Of a stretch of DNA of 64,000 nt, positions 40,711-51,431 are shown piece after piece; within the stretch, counting starts at the first letter, position 1, and every line of letters begins with the position of its first letter. The position numbers were made by a program, and so were the translations under genes. Under the pieces are notes generated by a model, which saw nothing but the letters and a program-made list of their open reading frames with translations, was not told the DNA's origin and searched no databases. This DNA is from a virus (lineage: Duplodnaviria; Caudoviricetes): IMG/VR virus record IMGVR_UViG_2563367078_000003, positions 1 through 64,000 of that record; one strand, 5' to 3'.

Positions 40711-42175
40711 TACCTCTCCGGGATCAGAGGTACCGAGCGGGATCCGGGTTGACGGGGAAGAGAAGCAGGCCGTGACCGTCTCGGGTCCACCATTCCTTTT
40801 CCATTCCCTCGCCTTCCAGAGTCCACTCGTCCTCGCCGACCGCTTGCTTCACTTCTTTGGGGTGGGTGACGATCGCGAGGGTTTCCTCGTCCTTGACCCA
40901 CAGCCAGAGCTGGTTGACGCGGCGGATGTACCGGTATGGCCGGTTGTATCTGTACAAAGCGTTGTGCGGCGGCTCGTCATCCGGAAAGTCGTCGAAACGC
41001 TTCAGCACCGCGTCGGAGAGGTTCACTTGCCACCGTCGAGTTGGCGGATCATCGCGTTGACCAGACCGGCGGACACCATCGCTTCTCGGGCTTCGTCGTG
41101 ATGCCCATCGATATGCAGGTCCGCGACGACGTCGAGAAGTGTGTTGCGCGCGGTGATCAGCGTGTTTTTATCGCGATTCGATTTGAACATCAGAGGTCAT
41201 CCTTTTCGGCAGCCGAGCCGCATGCACCAATCGCGGGTGTGACTGAAGGTGTATTCGCATTTGAAGTCGTTCAGCAGGTCTATTCGCTTGCCGATCTTGC
41301 GACGCTTGGGTTCGTCGTTCATTGATTCGGCGATGTCGTGCAGTGCGTGCAGCTGATCTAAGGTCATTTTCGACAGATCGAAGTCCATCGGCTACGACCA
41401 GAGTTGAGGCATGATGTCGACAAAGTCGTGCCGCGCCTGCTGGATTCGCCGATGGTGTTCGGTCTCGCGCTCGCGGTAGGCGGCAAACACGGCTTTCTTT
41501 TCCGGAGGAGACGGTTTCAGTAATGCACCACCGCCAGGCAGCGGCTCGAGTTCGTCTTCCAGCGTCCACCCCGGCGGATGCAGGATCGCCATCTCTTCGT
41601 CGGTAAATCGGGGTCCGGGCTCACCCAGCCGGTCGATCAGGTCTTGGTATTTCGCGAATCGCTCGGGGTCGCAGTAGCACACCGAATATGATTGGTGGTA
41701 TTTGAGTGATGCAATCGCGATGTCGTTGAAACTGGAATCGAACTCGTCGAGAATCCAACCCAGCGAATAGTCCGGGCAGCCGGTCAGTTCGACATACGAC
41801 TTGCCGGGTGTGTCGATGTCGACGCTGAACTTCCAGATCCTGATCCGGAGGGAATGTCCTTCGATGCGGTTACGCGAGTATTTCCACCATTTGTCGAGCG
41901 TCCTGCCGTACTTGTCGATGCTGATCGAACCGAACCGGGTGTAGGCCGCGATGTAGTCCGAGCGCTTCTCGACGCTGATCCACTTCTTCATCCGGAATTT
42001 TTCCCCTGTCATGTGACGGAAAGGTAGGCGTCGAACAATTCGAAGGCGACATTCCTGGCGACCTCCGGCGTGAACCACAGCTCTGTAATCTCGCCCTGCT
42101 CGTCCGGCATGCTCACCGAAATCAACGTCTCGCTGGCACCGTCTGCCGACTTGAAGGTTTCGACATACTTGCTCA

Positions 42176-42451
42176 TCAGATGTCCGCCTTGGTCTTGACG
42201 CTGAAGGTGATCACCGCGTCGAGAATCAGCGCGTACTGCGCCAGCTCGGTCAGCGACGGGTTGTAGTCGATGCTCTCGATCTGGCGGATGTACCACTCGC
42301 TGACACCCATCAACTCCGCCGCGTCCTGCTGAGACAACCCTCGCTGTTCGCGGACGCTGATGAGCCGAGCGCGGAGGTTGATCTGCTCTCCGGCGGAACG
42401 CTTCGCCAGCGCGGACTTGCGGCTGAACGCTTCCTGGACCTTCGACAGCAT
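42176..42451 (-). CDS. XRE-family HTH protein
   Basis: R...GLSQ...AE.MGVS...I..IE....PSL..L..YA. Confidence 0.85.
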   Translation of the reverse strand: MLSKVQEAFSRKSALAKRSAGEQINLRARLISVREQRGLSQQDAAELMGVSEWYIRQIESIDYNPSLTELAQYALILDAVITFSVKTKADI

Positions 42452-43609
42452 CACGCACCCACGCCTTCGTATGGATCCGCCATCTTGACCGCGCGGCCCC
42501 ACGGGTAGCAGTCGTCCTGAAGGTTCTGCACCGTCTGGAACCACTCGATCTGCGGGGTTTTCTCGAAGCCGTGGTCCGCCAGCAGCGCGGTAATCGATGT
42601 GTCGCTGCCGACGTCCAGCTGTTCCGGATCGACGCCGAGGTTGATCAACGCGACGCCGAACAAGCACGACCCGCACAGGCCGCCGGACAATTTGCGTTTG
42701 ACGTACACGCAACTGGCGTCCGGATAGACGTACTCCGGAGTTTCAGCGGCGAGCCGCCGGATTTCATCTTCCAGGTCGTCGAGATCGATGTCGGAGATGT
42801 TAGTGCTCATCGCAGATTGCCTCGTCGTCGCAGTTGTAGCAGAGTTGGACGTTTTTGATTCGGGCCACCGACAGGAAAGAGTGGTTGGCGCTGGTGGCGT
42901 GGATGCCGAGGTCGATTTCGGCGGCTTCGCGGGTTCGATGGGTGCTGAGGATCGCGGCGACTTCGATATCGGGGTTGTCGGCTACCACGGCCCACTCCGG
43001 GAACATCAACATGCTTCGGCCTGCACCTTCTTGTATTCTTCGCGGAATTCGCGCTTGCTGACGATGGTGAAATCGCGGTAGCCCTTGATGACGATGTAGT
43101 GGCCGACCCGGACTTCGATTTCATCCCAGAGTTCGGTGAAGATGAAAAGCCTCGGCAGGCCATACTCCTCTTTGCGATCGAATTCTTGCTCGTCGTCATT
43201 CCACCTGAAGCTGATTCCGTTCGCGGCGAGCCAGAGCGCGGTTTTCCTCATTCGCTCCCAGGTCGGTCCCCACATCTCCGCTTTGACGACCATTTCTCCG
43301 CGCAGGTAATCTTCCATCATTCGAAAACCTCCGGCATCCTCTTCGACTTCTTCTGCTCCAGCTTGGCGGCGATTTCCGGATAACCTTTGCGCAGCTCCGC
43401 GACCGATATCCGGCTCTCCTCGCGGGTCGTCCAGGACATGACCGGCTTACCGTCGATCACCAGCGCGTCCGCGTCATCGAAGCTCTGGCCGACGCGATCC
43501 TGGATCTCCTGCCAGTAGTCGTCCTTGATCCCTTTCCACTTCTTTTCCTGCGCCGCCGCGTGCTTCCACTCTTCGTAGGGGTGTTTCGCGTCGGAGATGT
43601 CGATGTGTT

Positions 43610-43948
43610 TCATGCTGCCCCCTTCGACAGTTCTTTCTGAGCGTCGGCGATTCCAGCTCGGGCCGCGATTCCGAGGAGTTGCGCGCGGTGTTGTTCGTTC
43701 CTCTGGAGCTTCACCGGGATTCCCGCCATTACCCATCCGACGATCCGGTATCGGTATGCATACCAAGCACATTCGGCGAACACCGGGCATTTCTGGCAGA
43801 GTTGTGCAGCGGCTTGCCGTCGATTGGCTACCAGGAGTGGTGACGGCAGATTGTCGATGTCGTAATCCTCGGTCGGCCGACCTTTGCATTTCGCTCGGTC
43901 CATCCATGGTTCGAGACCGATGCGGAATTCGTCGTCGAGTGGGATCAT
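43610..43948 (-). CDS. WhiB-family regulator
   Basis: W...AKC...A..LCxxCPV..EC...A....G.V.AG. Confidence 0.85.
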   Translation of the reverse strand: MIPLDDEFRIGLEPWMDRAKCKGRPTEDYDIDNLPSPLLVANRRQAAAQLCQKCPVFAECAWYAYRYRIVGWVMAGIPVKLQRNEQHRAQLLGIAARAGIADAQKELSKGAA

Positions 43949-44057
43949 CCTGCGGCACCGGCGATTGCTCCCCCGGCTGTTGTTGTTCTGCGCCGTGTAA
44001 GAGGCATGCGGGTACCCACTTTCGTATTGCTGATTGTGTTGAAGTGGCTCGAGGTCG

Positions 44058-44456
44058 CTACGCCGCGCTGGCCTTCGACCCCGGCTTGTATGCGTCGATC
44101 AGATGTTCGATCGCGGTCACCAGGTTGGTGGTGGGCTTCCGCTTGAAACTTTCGAGCAAACGTTCGAGGGCCGCGACCAGATCGGCGACCGGCCGCTGCT
44201 CGAACGTGTCGATCAAATGTTCAATCGCGGCAGTGAGTTCAGGGCTCGGCTTCCGCTTCCCGTTTTCGATCATGGAAAGGTGTTCAGGCGTCCAAGTCCG
44301 ACTGGCCGGTCCGAAAATTTGCTGTGAAAACTCTTCGAGGCTCAGCCCCATCCAGTTCTTGCGGATCTTCGTCAGCCTGACCCCGAGAGTGAGGGGGGCG
44401 GTGACCGGCCTGGCTGCGTCGCGTCGTGCCTGGCTGAGGTCCGGTGTGGTAGCCAT
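44058..44456 (-). CDS. Cro-like XRE HTH regulator
   Basis: R...GLSLEEF...HLSMIENGKRKPS; first gene of leftward operon. Confidence 0.8.
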   Translation of the reverse strand: MATTPDLSQARRDAARPVTAPLTLGVRLTKIRKNWMGLSLEEFSQQIFGPASRTWTPEHLSMIENGKRKPSPELTAAIEHLIDTFEQRPVADLVAALERLLESFKRKPTTNLVTAIEHLIDAYKPGSKASAA

Positions 44457-44628
44457 GCGGTAAAATCTAGCAGGCTTCCCTTTACCGGTCAAAGCAAACG
44501 CGTGGTAAAGATTTTACCGGTAGCTGGACGTGCGCCAAGTTGATGTTGATCCTGGTCAGCGGCCTAAATGTGCCAGATTTGACGTCTCGACTGGTCAAGC
44601 GGTAGTTAACCAGGGTAGTCTGATTTTT
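44457..44628. promoter_or_regulatory. Divergent switch region with leaderless promoters and operator-like repeats
   Basis: Minus TTGACC-N17-TAGATT-N7-ATG; plus TAGTCT-N7-ATG; CGGTAAAATCT/AGATTTTACCG inverted repeat. Confidence 0.75.
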
Positions 44629-45114
44629 ATGACACCCGTTTACCACCCGAGAGCAACCGAGTTGGCTGCCCTTCTTGTGCGCCAGCGGGACGTGTTGGGC
44701 ATCAGCGCGTCGTCGATCGTGGGTCGAGGTGGGCCCACGAAGCCGACCTGCTTGGCGTATGAGGCTGGAAGGATCCCCGTACGAATCAACGACGAAACGC
44801 TGGACAAGATCGACGTCGGCTACAGTCTCGATCCCGGAACGGCCCGCGCCATCCTGGAACCGGACACCTCCTTCCTGGCCGACCTCGAAACCATCGTCAG
44901 GAACCACCTCGAAGCGGGCGAGAGGGCGATCCAGCGTCTCAGCGAGACGAGCGAGAACGGCGAAGGCAAGGAGCGTGCGGACGACTGGCTCAGAGCCAAC
45001 GCGATACTTCAGATGCTTCTCGACAGCAGGCGACATCAGACCGAACATCGAGAAACCCCCGCCGCGACCTCGCTACCGGGGGTTTCTCTCGTTAAGGGGA
45101 ATAAACAGGATTAA
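44629..45114 (+). CDS. Putative immunity repressor
   Basis: R..LG......RGGP..PT....E.G......TL.K.D...L..G.A..IL actinophage repressor-like HTH; divergent from Cro-like gene. Confidence 0.65.
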   Translation: MTPVYHPRATELAALLVRQRDVLGISASSIVGRGGPTKPTCLAYEAGRIPVRINDETLDKIDVGYSLDPGTARAILEPDTSFLADLETIVRNHLEAGERAIQRLSETSENGEGKERADDWLRANAILQMLLDSRRHQTEHRETPAATSLPGVSLVKGNKQD

Positions 45115-45347
45115 GAGGAAGTTTCCGCCAGCGCCTGCAAGCACTCCCGCATCTCGAGCCGATCTATGCGCAGCCTTCGCACCAGTTCCGCGACTAGCGA
45201 TTCGTTCGAAGCCGTGCACAGCGCCTCCTCCTCGCTTCCCCGGGGATAGAACAGATGTTCGATTGAGTACGAACCTACCAGGATCGAGTCGATGATGCCA
45301 GGGGGCCATTCGAGCGTGGATTCTAACGATCCGGAGACGGTACACGA

Positions 45348-45383
45348 AAGCCCCCCAAGACCTCGAAAGATCTTGGGGGGCTT
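45348..45383 (-). terminator. Terminator after DUF397
   Basis: AAGCCCCCCAAGA/TCTTGGGGGGCTT stem. Confidence 0.7.
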
Positions 45384-45393
45384 GGTGTTTCGG

Positions 45394-45603
45394 TTAGGCG
45401 GGCCTGCGGATCTCCCCGTCTCGGACACCGGCCTCGAATGCATCCCACTCTTTCGGGGTGAAGACGAGAGCCGGGCCACCGGGGTTCTTGGAGTCGCGGA
45501 CTCCGACATGGCCTTCGGCCAGCCACGCGACCTCGACGCACGCGCTTGTCTCGCGGCTCCTGCTAGATTTGAACCACTGCGCATCGGTCACGCTGATGCT
45601 CAC
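45394..45603 (-). CDS. DUF397 protein
   Basis: WFKSS.S....CVEVA......VRDSK.P.GP.L.F...EW.AF. Confidence 0.95.
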   Translation of the reverse strand: MSISVTDAQWFKSSRSRETSACVEVAWLAEGHVGVRDSKNPGGPALVFTPKEWDAFEAGVRDGEIRRPA

Positions 45604-46547
45604 CGGGCATACTCCTTCGCTACTTTCGCGACCAAGTCTCTGGTCTCTGATGGTGCCAACGCTACACGGGAGATGCGTTCGACGGCATTCCGGTACTGCG
45701 CCAGTTCCACTTCCCGCTCCAGGAAGAGATCGCCTGTGTACTCCTCCACGTAGACGACCGGCGGAACGCCCAACCGGGATTCGGCGAGCGTGGGGAACGT
45801 CAGGAGAACGAAGGGACCGCTCAGTAAGCCGACAGGGTTGGGCGTTCCGAATGGTACGACACGGATGCAGTTTCCAGGCAGTTCAGAGATCTCCGCGAGC
45901 CTGACGAGCTGTTTCTCCATGACAGCACCGCCTCCGAGTTGATTACGGAGAACCGCCTCGCCGATGATCACATCGAGCTGGAATTCAGGCTCCTCAAGGC
46001 GCTTCTGCCGTTGCTCGGCCAGACTTACTCGTTGTTCGACCTCTTCGTGGGTCCAGGTCGGGTTTTCTGCCCACGCGATCTCACGCCGATAGTCCCGCGT
46101 TTGGAGCAATCCAGGGACCAGGCTTGTGGCCCACATCGTCACCGAATCTGCTGCGTCCTCCAGGCTGATGTAGTGACTGAAGTCTCCTGAGATCGCATCC
46201 GCGTACGCACGCCACCAACTCCCGCCGGACTTCGAAGCCTCCAGTGACTCGGCCGTGAGTGCGAGCAGCATTCGACGCTCCTGGTCACTGCATTCGTATG
46301 CGTCTGCCAGCGCGTTGATCACCAGGTTTGTGACCTTGGTCTTCACGCCGTCTTCGAGACGCCTCATCGTCGGCGGTGAGTACTCAGCCACCTTCGCTGC
46401 AGCGGAGATTGTCATCTTTGCCCGTTTCCGCAGCTCTGCAAGCTCCCGGCCGAGCGTCCTGCTTGCCGATGTCGGTCCAGCCATGATCCTTAGCCTCGCT
46501 ATCGAAGGGCCTGAAATTTGAAAGCGTTCACCATGAAAGTCTGACAC
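45600..46547 (-). CDS. XRE HTH + DUF5753 regulator
   Basis: LG.EL..LR HTH; WW..Y; VPGLLQT..Y; EAVL...GG..VM..QL; VY.E; probable start ATG 46484. Confidence 0.93.
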   Translation of the reverse strand: MSDFHGERFQISGPSIARLRIMAGPTSASRTLGRELAELRKRAKMTISAAAKVAEYSPPTMRRLEDGVKTKVTNLVINALADAYECSDQERRMLLALTAESLEASKSGGSWWRAYADAISGDFSHYISLEDAADSVTMWATSLVPGLLQTRDYRREIAWAENPTWTHEEVEQRVSLAEQRQKRLEEPEFQLDVIIGEAVLRNQLGGGAVMEKQLVRLAEISELPGNCIRVVPFGTPNPVGLLSGPFVLLTFPTLAESRLGVPPVVYVEEYTGDLFLEREVELAQYRNAVERISRVALAPSETRDLVAKVAKEYAR

Positions 46548-46646
46548 ATTCTAGGCGGATAGGCCAGTTTGACTCTTTCAAAATTCTCCAATCGGGTGTC
46601 TACTTAGAGCCACAACCACACACACCCCAATCCACTGGGAGTCACC

Positions 46647-46826
46647 ATGACAGCCGCCGCGATGCTCGACCACCACGCCAGACGCTGGATGACGGATCCG
46701 CTGGCAAGGACCATCCTGACGGATCATGCCGACTGCCTGATGATCCCGGATTTGTGTGCTTGCACGCGCCAGGCGATCGACTACCTGAAGCGGCACGGCG
46801 TCGCGATCCCTGCCGTGAAGGGCTGA
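46647..46826 (+). CDS. Small His/Cys protein, paralogue A
   Basis: MT...A.....H.DC......C...A...L...G. Confidence 0.65.
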   Translation: MTAAAMLDHHARRWMTDPLARTILTDHADCLMIPDLCACTRQAIDYLKRHGVAIPAVKG

Positions 46827-46827
46827 G

Positions 46828-47013
46828 ATGACAACCGCGACGCTCGAACTCGACCACACGAACATTCCGAACATGACGACGGCGACCGCGTTCCGAGTCA
46901 GGCGGGAGCACGTCTACTGCTCTCGGTCGTGGTGCGCGCGGAAGCAGCAGGCGATGTCGCTCCTCGCAGACGAAGGGCGCATGAAATTCGACTTCGACCG
47001 GCGGTGGCGCTGA
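46828..47013 (+). CDS. Small His/Cys protein, paralogue B
   Basis: MT..TA.....H..C....C..K..A...L...G. Confidence 0.7.
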   Translation: MTTATLELDHTNIPNMTTATAFRVRREHVYCSRSWCARKQQAMSLLADEGRMKFDFDRRWR

Positions 47014-47015
47014 CC

Positions 47016-47264
47016 ATGACCGAGGATGTCGATCTTCTTCATCAGATGCCGACGCGCGAGATGTCTGCACACGACATGCACGTCGAACTCCACAAGAAGT
47101 GTCACCGGCAGTGCTTCCTGACGACGTGCCGCATGAAACAGCACTGCTGGCAGGGCCTTCGGGAGATGAAGCACAACCCGGACAACCCCAAGAAGTGCGA
47201 GGCGTGCTTGGTTGGCGACTACGGCCGTCACGACTACCTCGCAGCGGTGAGGATCGGCAAATGA
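47016..47264 (+). CDS. Small His/Cys protein, paralogue C
   Basis: MS...MH.EL...H..C....C.MK.HCW..L....H.P....CxxC. Confidence 0.7.
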   Translation: MTEDVDLLHQMPTREMSAHDMHVELHKKCHRQCFLTTCRMKQHCWQGLREMKHNPDNPKKCEACLVGDYGRHDYLAAVRIGK

Positions 47265-47479
47265 CCGCGCAAGAAAATCCCGTCTACTGCCAACTCCCCA
47301 AGCGGTACATGTCCCCGGCGGAGATGCACAAAGAGCTGACCTACCGTCACGGGAGCTGCACAACCCTCGTCTGCGAGATGAAGCTGCACTGCTGGGAGGA
47401 ATTGAAGAGACAGGGTCACGCGCCAGGGCCTGTTCGTCATTGCATGAAGTGCCGGAACAACAGCGAAGGGGAGGAATGA
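47261..47479 (+). CDS. Small His/Cys protein, paralogue D
   Basis: MS...MH.EL...H..C....C.MK.HCW..L...GH.P....CxxC. Confidence 0.7.
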   Translation: MTAQENPVYCQLPKRYMSPAEMHKELTYRHGSCTTLVCEMKLHCWEELKRQGHAPGPVRHCMKCRNNSEGEE

Positions 47480-47730
47480 CTCCGGAACGACCTTGGTCTC
47501 AACACGTCGAGGGTATGATCAGCCGCGCGAGTAAAGCCGGTTACCTGCTGGAATACCGTGGTGAACCGGACTTCGGCTGGAACTTCAAGCGCGACGGCAA
47601 AATGATCCTCGCAAACGTCGATACGACAACTGTCGAGATCGAAATGCAAAAGCTCGGCATCTAAGCCACACCGAATTCGAAACACACCACAACTCTGCCC
47701 TTTTCACGGGGCACCAACAAAGGAACACGA

Positions 47731-48129
47731 GTGAAGAACAAGATTGTCGCCGGATCGCTGGCGCTGGGCATCATCGGCCTCGGCGCGGGGACGGCTCACG
47801 CTGGCACTCCCGAGCAGAACACCCAGGCCATGAATACTTTCAGTGCCACTGTCGGCGTAGCGACCACCACCGGAGCGCTCGTCGGGACCGGCCTCGGGGC
47901 AGTCGCTGGATGCATCATCGGCGGCGTAGTCACCAGTCCCACAGTCGTTTTCGTTCCGCTGGGGTGCCTGACCACCGGTGCCCTCGGAGCCAGCATCGGC
48001 GGCGTCGCCGGAACTCTGATCGTCGGCGGTCCGACTGCGGTGATCGCTGGCGTTCAGATGGTCGAGGTTTTGATCGCTCCTGCAACCCCGGCCCCGCCGA
48101 TGAAGGCGGTCGGAGCCCCGCTCACCTAA
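47731..48129 (+). CDS. Secreted glycine-zipper protein
   Basis: Signal peptide AHA; GxxxG repeats with two GC. Confidence 0.75.
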   Translation: MKNKIVAGSLALGIIGLGAGTAHAGTPEQNTQAMNTFSATVGVATTTGALVGTGLGAVAGCIIGGVVTSPTVVFVPLGCLTTGALGASIGGVAGTLIVGGPTAVIAGVQMVEVLIAPATPAPPMKAVGAPLT

Positions 48130-48148
48130 CCGCGAAAGGCTGAGGCGA

Positions 48149-48418
48149 ATGCCGTTCATGGCAACCGAGGCGAAACTTCTTGCCGCACTGCTTCACGCGG
48201 GGATCGGGCAGACCATCCCTCAGCTCAGAACCAAGACCGGCATCTCTGCGAGCACGATCGGATTGAAACTTCGGCAACTCGCGTATCAGGACATGGTCTA
48301 CAAAGACCTCGCAGGCTGGCAGCTCAGTTTGCGAGGACGGCGGGCTATTTCGGCCCCCCGGTATCACGACATCGTCGCCGGACTTCGGCCTGAGCGGCAC
48401 AACCTCGAAAGGAATTGA
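48149..48418 (+). CDS. Winged-helix protein
   Basis: T..QL...TGIS.STI...L..L....V......W.L. Confidence 0.6.
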   Translation: MPFMATEAKLLAALLHAGIGQTIPQLRTKTGISASTIGLKLRQLAYQDMVYKDLAGWQLSLRGRRAISAPRYHDIVAGLRPERHNLERN

Positions 48419-49625
48419 TCGAATGCTTGGAATCGCAGCGCCTGGGGAATCCGGTAACGCCGAGGACAACATCAACTACAACACCGACCCCCGGCTGGAT
48501 AAAGGCGGCGACGACGGCCCCCGGCAGGGACTCCGCGTCGGCGTGAAGCTCTGACACTTCATTGAAAATCTTCCCTGGCCTACCCCTCATCGGGCCGGGG
48601 AACGCGACAGGGCTCCGAGGTATTTCTCCTTTCGGAAGTCGAGGAGCAAAAGAGTACCGGGGACAATCGGAGCCCTGTCGCACCCAATCGAAAAGCACAC
48701 GAAATGGATTACGCTGATATGGAAGCCTGGCTGATTGTATTAGGCATTGGGTTCGTTGTTGCGACCGTGGGATGGATGTTGTTCTGGCTGGATGCCCGAT
48801 ATGAAGCTGAACTCGAACACGAATTCGAACTCGGGCTGTACTACTCCTCGAATGCCGCAGAACTGATGGACCTCGCCAAGGAGCTGCCGCAGGTCCCCGT
48901 CGAGCCCACCTACACAGATCAGTACGGCGATGTGCGATACGCGGGCGTGCTGCGGTGAGTACGGCTGAGCAAACCGAACCGCCCGCCGCGCTCCAGGCGT
49001 CAAATCCGTCGCAGTTCGTGGCAGCCGTCAGGCGCGATCCGTCATGGTATCTCGTTCACGGGGGTTCGACGGGTTCCAAGCTTCGCCCGCGCGTGATCGT
49101 TGCGTTCTGCGGGCTCAGGGGCGGTCCGTGCAGCGCGGCGATATTCGAAGGCGGCAAGGTCGAAGTCCGGGATTTCGAAGGCGACTGGCTCGGCCGTCTG
49201 AATTACGTCGATCACCGGATGAGACACGCAAAACTCTGACGCGTGCGACCGATCAGAGTTTTGCGTGTCTGGGTACCGCCCGGCATAAATCGCAGCTCGT
49301 TGCATACCTTGCCGAACATCCGCATCCTACCAAAGGTTGACCGAATTGAACAACGACCTCGTTCTCAGGCTGGCCCACTCCTACGACGGCAGCTCGCCTG
49401 AATTCACCCGTCTCGCAAACCTTTTCGCGACGAGCGCGTTAACCGCCGAAGAACTCCGCGCCGCTGAAGAACAAGGTTGCCGCGTGAACGCGTACTGGCG
49501 CGGGCAGTATATCGGCCAGTTCCCCCCGACCCAATCCCGGCAGAGTATCTGCAAGGAAGTCGCGGTCGCGCACGCTGGATGAAGACTTCCCGGCCGGTTG
49601 ACAGGCGATTACCGGACCGGGAGAC

Positions 49626-49680
49626 GAAAACCCTTGGGACCAGTTACCTCCCCCTGTACGAGGTCCCAAGGGTTTTCTTT
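49626..49680 (+). terminator. Terminator
   Basis: GAAAACCCTTGGGACC/GGTCCCAAGGGTTTTC 16-bp stem plus T-run. Confidence 0.7.
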
Positions 49681-50168
49681 CGTGTTCACATCTACAGGAA
49701 TGGAATATGAGTTCTCGTCTCCTCTGCAACAAGCTCGAACGCGCGTGGATTTCCCAGACGATACAGCTGTACGTTTCCGGGACCGTCGCGTTCATCGCAT
49801 GGCTGTTCTACACGTGGGCGTGCTTGGTTCAATCTCCGGCGTGGGCGGTATGGCGCTCCGTGCTGGGATGCCTTTTCGGACTGGGGACGCTGTGGCTCAC
49901 CTTCGCCGTGCTGCGCCGGAAGCGTACAGAGCGCAAGATCCGGGGTTGGTGACGGCGTGGCACGGATGACTATCGAAATCAACGACCCTCGCCTGGATTT
50001 CGTCGACGGCGTTCAGCGGCTTCAGCAACTGGCGTCCACCTCGGGGCTGGATAAGCTGTCCGGCTGCCACATCTACGGCAGCGTCGACGGCCACGAGGTG
50101 TTCGAAAAGCACCCCACCGGACTCGCGCCGGTCATCCCCTTCCCGACCTATCTCTGCCCATAGAAACA

Positions 50169-50224
50169 CGTCAAGGCCCGCTCTGGTCTAAGTTTTCGAC
50201 ACTTAGATAGAGCGGGCCTTGACG
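50169..50224. terminator. Bidirectional hairpin between convergent genes
   Basis: CGTCAAGGCCCGCTCT/AGAGCGGGCCTTGACG 16-bp stem. Confidence 0.7.
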
Positions 50225-50258
50225 GTTTCCCGGAGAGCGATACGTCACGTGATGAAGG

Positions 50259-51377
50259 TCAGCTTTTGGGTTCGAACGCGCAGCCGCAGATGTCGCAGGT
50301 GATGCCGCCTTCGGTGAAGCGACCTGCCGCGATCCGGACCGGCCGGGAGGGCTTGCACTTACACCAGATCGTGATGTTGTTCTTGTCCGGCCTGGGCGGC
50401 TCGATGACCGGCTCCGCGTCCGGGTCGACGTCGGCACTGGCGCGCTTCAGGTAGTCGATGTACATCCTGCCCGCGTGACGCCACGCATACTCCACGTCTT
50501 TCACGATCTTGTCGACGCCGTCGATCTTGGCGAGGTCGGTTCTCAGCGCCTGGGCGTGCTTGTTCGGCAGGTCCGGAAAGTCGAATCTACGGTCGTAAAT
50601 GCGATGCATCCGGTACACCAGCTCGCGATACAGCGGCTCCGGCAGTGTGTACGTCCACGCGAAGCCCCGGCCGGTGGATCTGCCGACAGGCGCTGGGAAC
50701 CGCACACCCGTGGTCTCCTTACGGTGCGCGATCTCCAGCGCCTCTTTGGATTTCCCGCTGATCACCAGCTCGGGCATCAATCCTCCGGCTCCTCGAAGTC
50801 CGACTCCTCGAGATCTCGCACGCCGTCGCGCCTGCTCTGAGCGTCATCGATCACGCCGTCGTAGTGACCCATGACTTGGGCCTTGGCCTCGTCGAGTGTC
50901 AGCGGCTCGCCGTCGTGCTTGCCCCACCACGGCACGATCTCCGGCCCGGACCAATCGATGTAGAACTTCACTTTTCCTCCTTGTCGACCGCTGCCATGAT
51001 CTCTTCCGCCAGCGAGTCCAATGCGGGTATGACGTCCCGGCGCTCCAGTCCATGCGTGGAATAGATTTCGAACAGCCGGGCGGCCTGGGTCAGAACAACG
51101 GCATCGCGGCGGGCGGCATCGCGGGCTTTTTTGCTGCGCAGACTGACCTTGATCACTTCGCGTCCTCGGCGTGGACCGGGCAGAAATCCTGACGGTCGGT
51201 GGGGAAGATTCCGACCTCGGCCTGCGACGGCGACGGGGGCCGCGTTCGGCTTGTCCACTCCTTCATCGCCTTGCTTCTGCGCATCTGACTCGGACTCTGG
51301 TTGACCTCGCCCATGATGTAGTTGGCGCACGGCGGCCGATGATCGCAGTGGATGAAGTAGTGCTTCGTCTCGCTCAT
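50259..51377 (-). CDS. Leftward mini-operon of four hypothetical genes (50259-50780, 50777-50971, 50968-51156, 51153-51377)
   Basis: 4-bp overlaps; last gene has C-terminal Zn ribbon. Confidence 0.65.
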
Positions 51378-51384
51378 GCTGTTC

Positions 51385-51424
51385 AGGTTAGGGCATTGAC
51401 TCTTAAGAAGCAATGCCCTAACCT
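51385..51424. promoter_or_regulatory. Symmetric bidirectional SigA-type promoter
   Basis: Plus TTGACT-N17-TAACCT-N7-ATG; minus TTGCTT-N17-TAACCT-N7-ATG; 14-bp inverted repeat. Confidence 0.8.
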
Positions 51425-51431
51425 CGGTATC

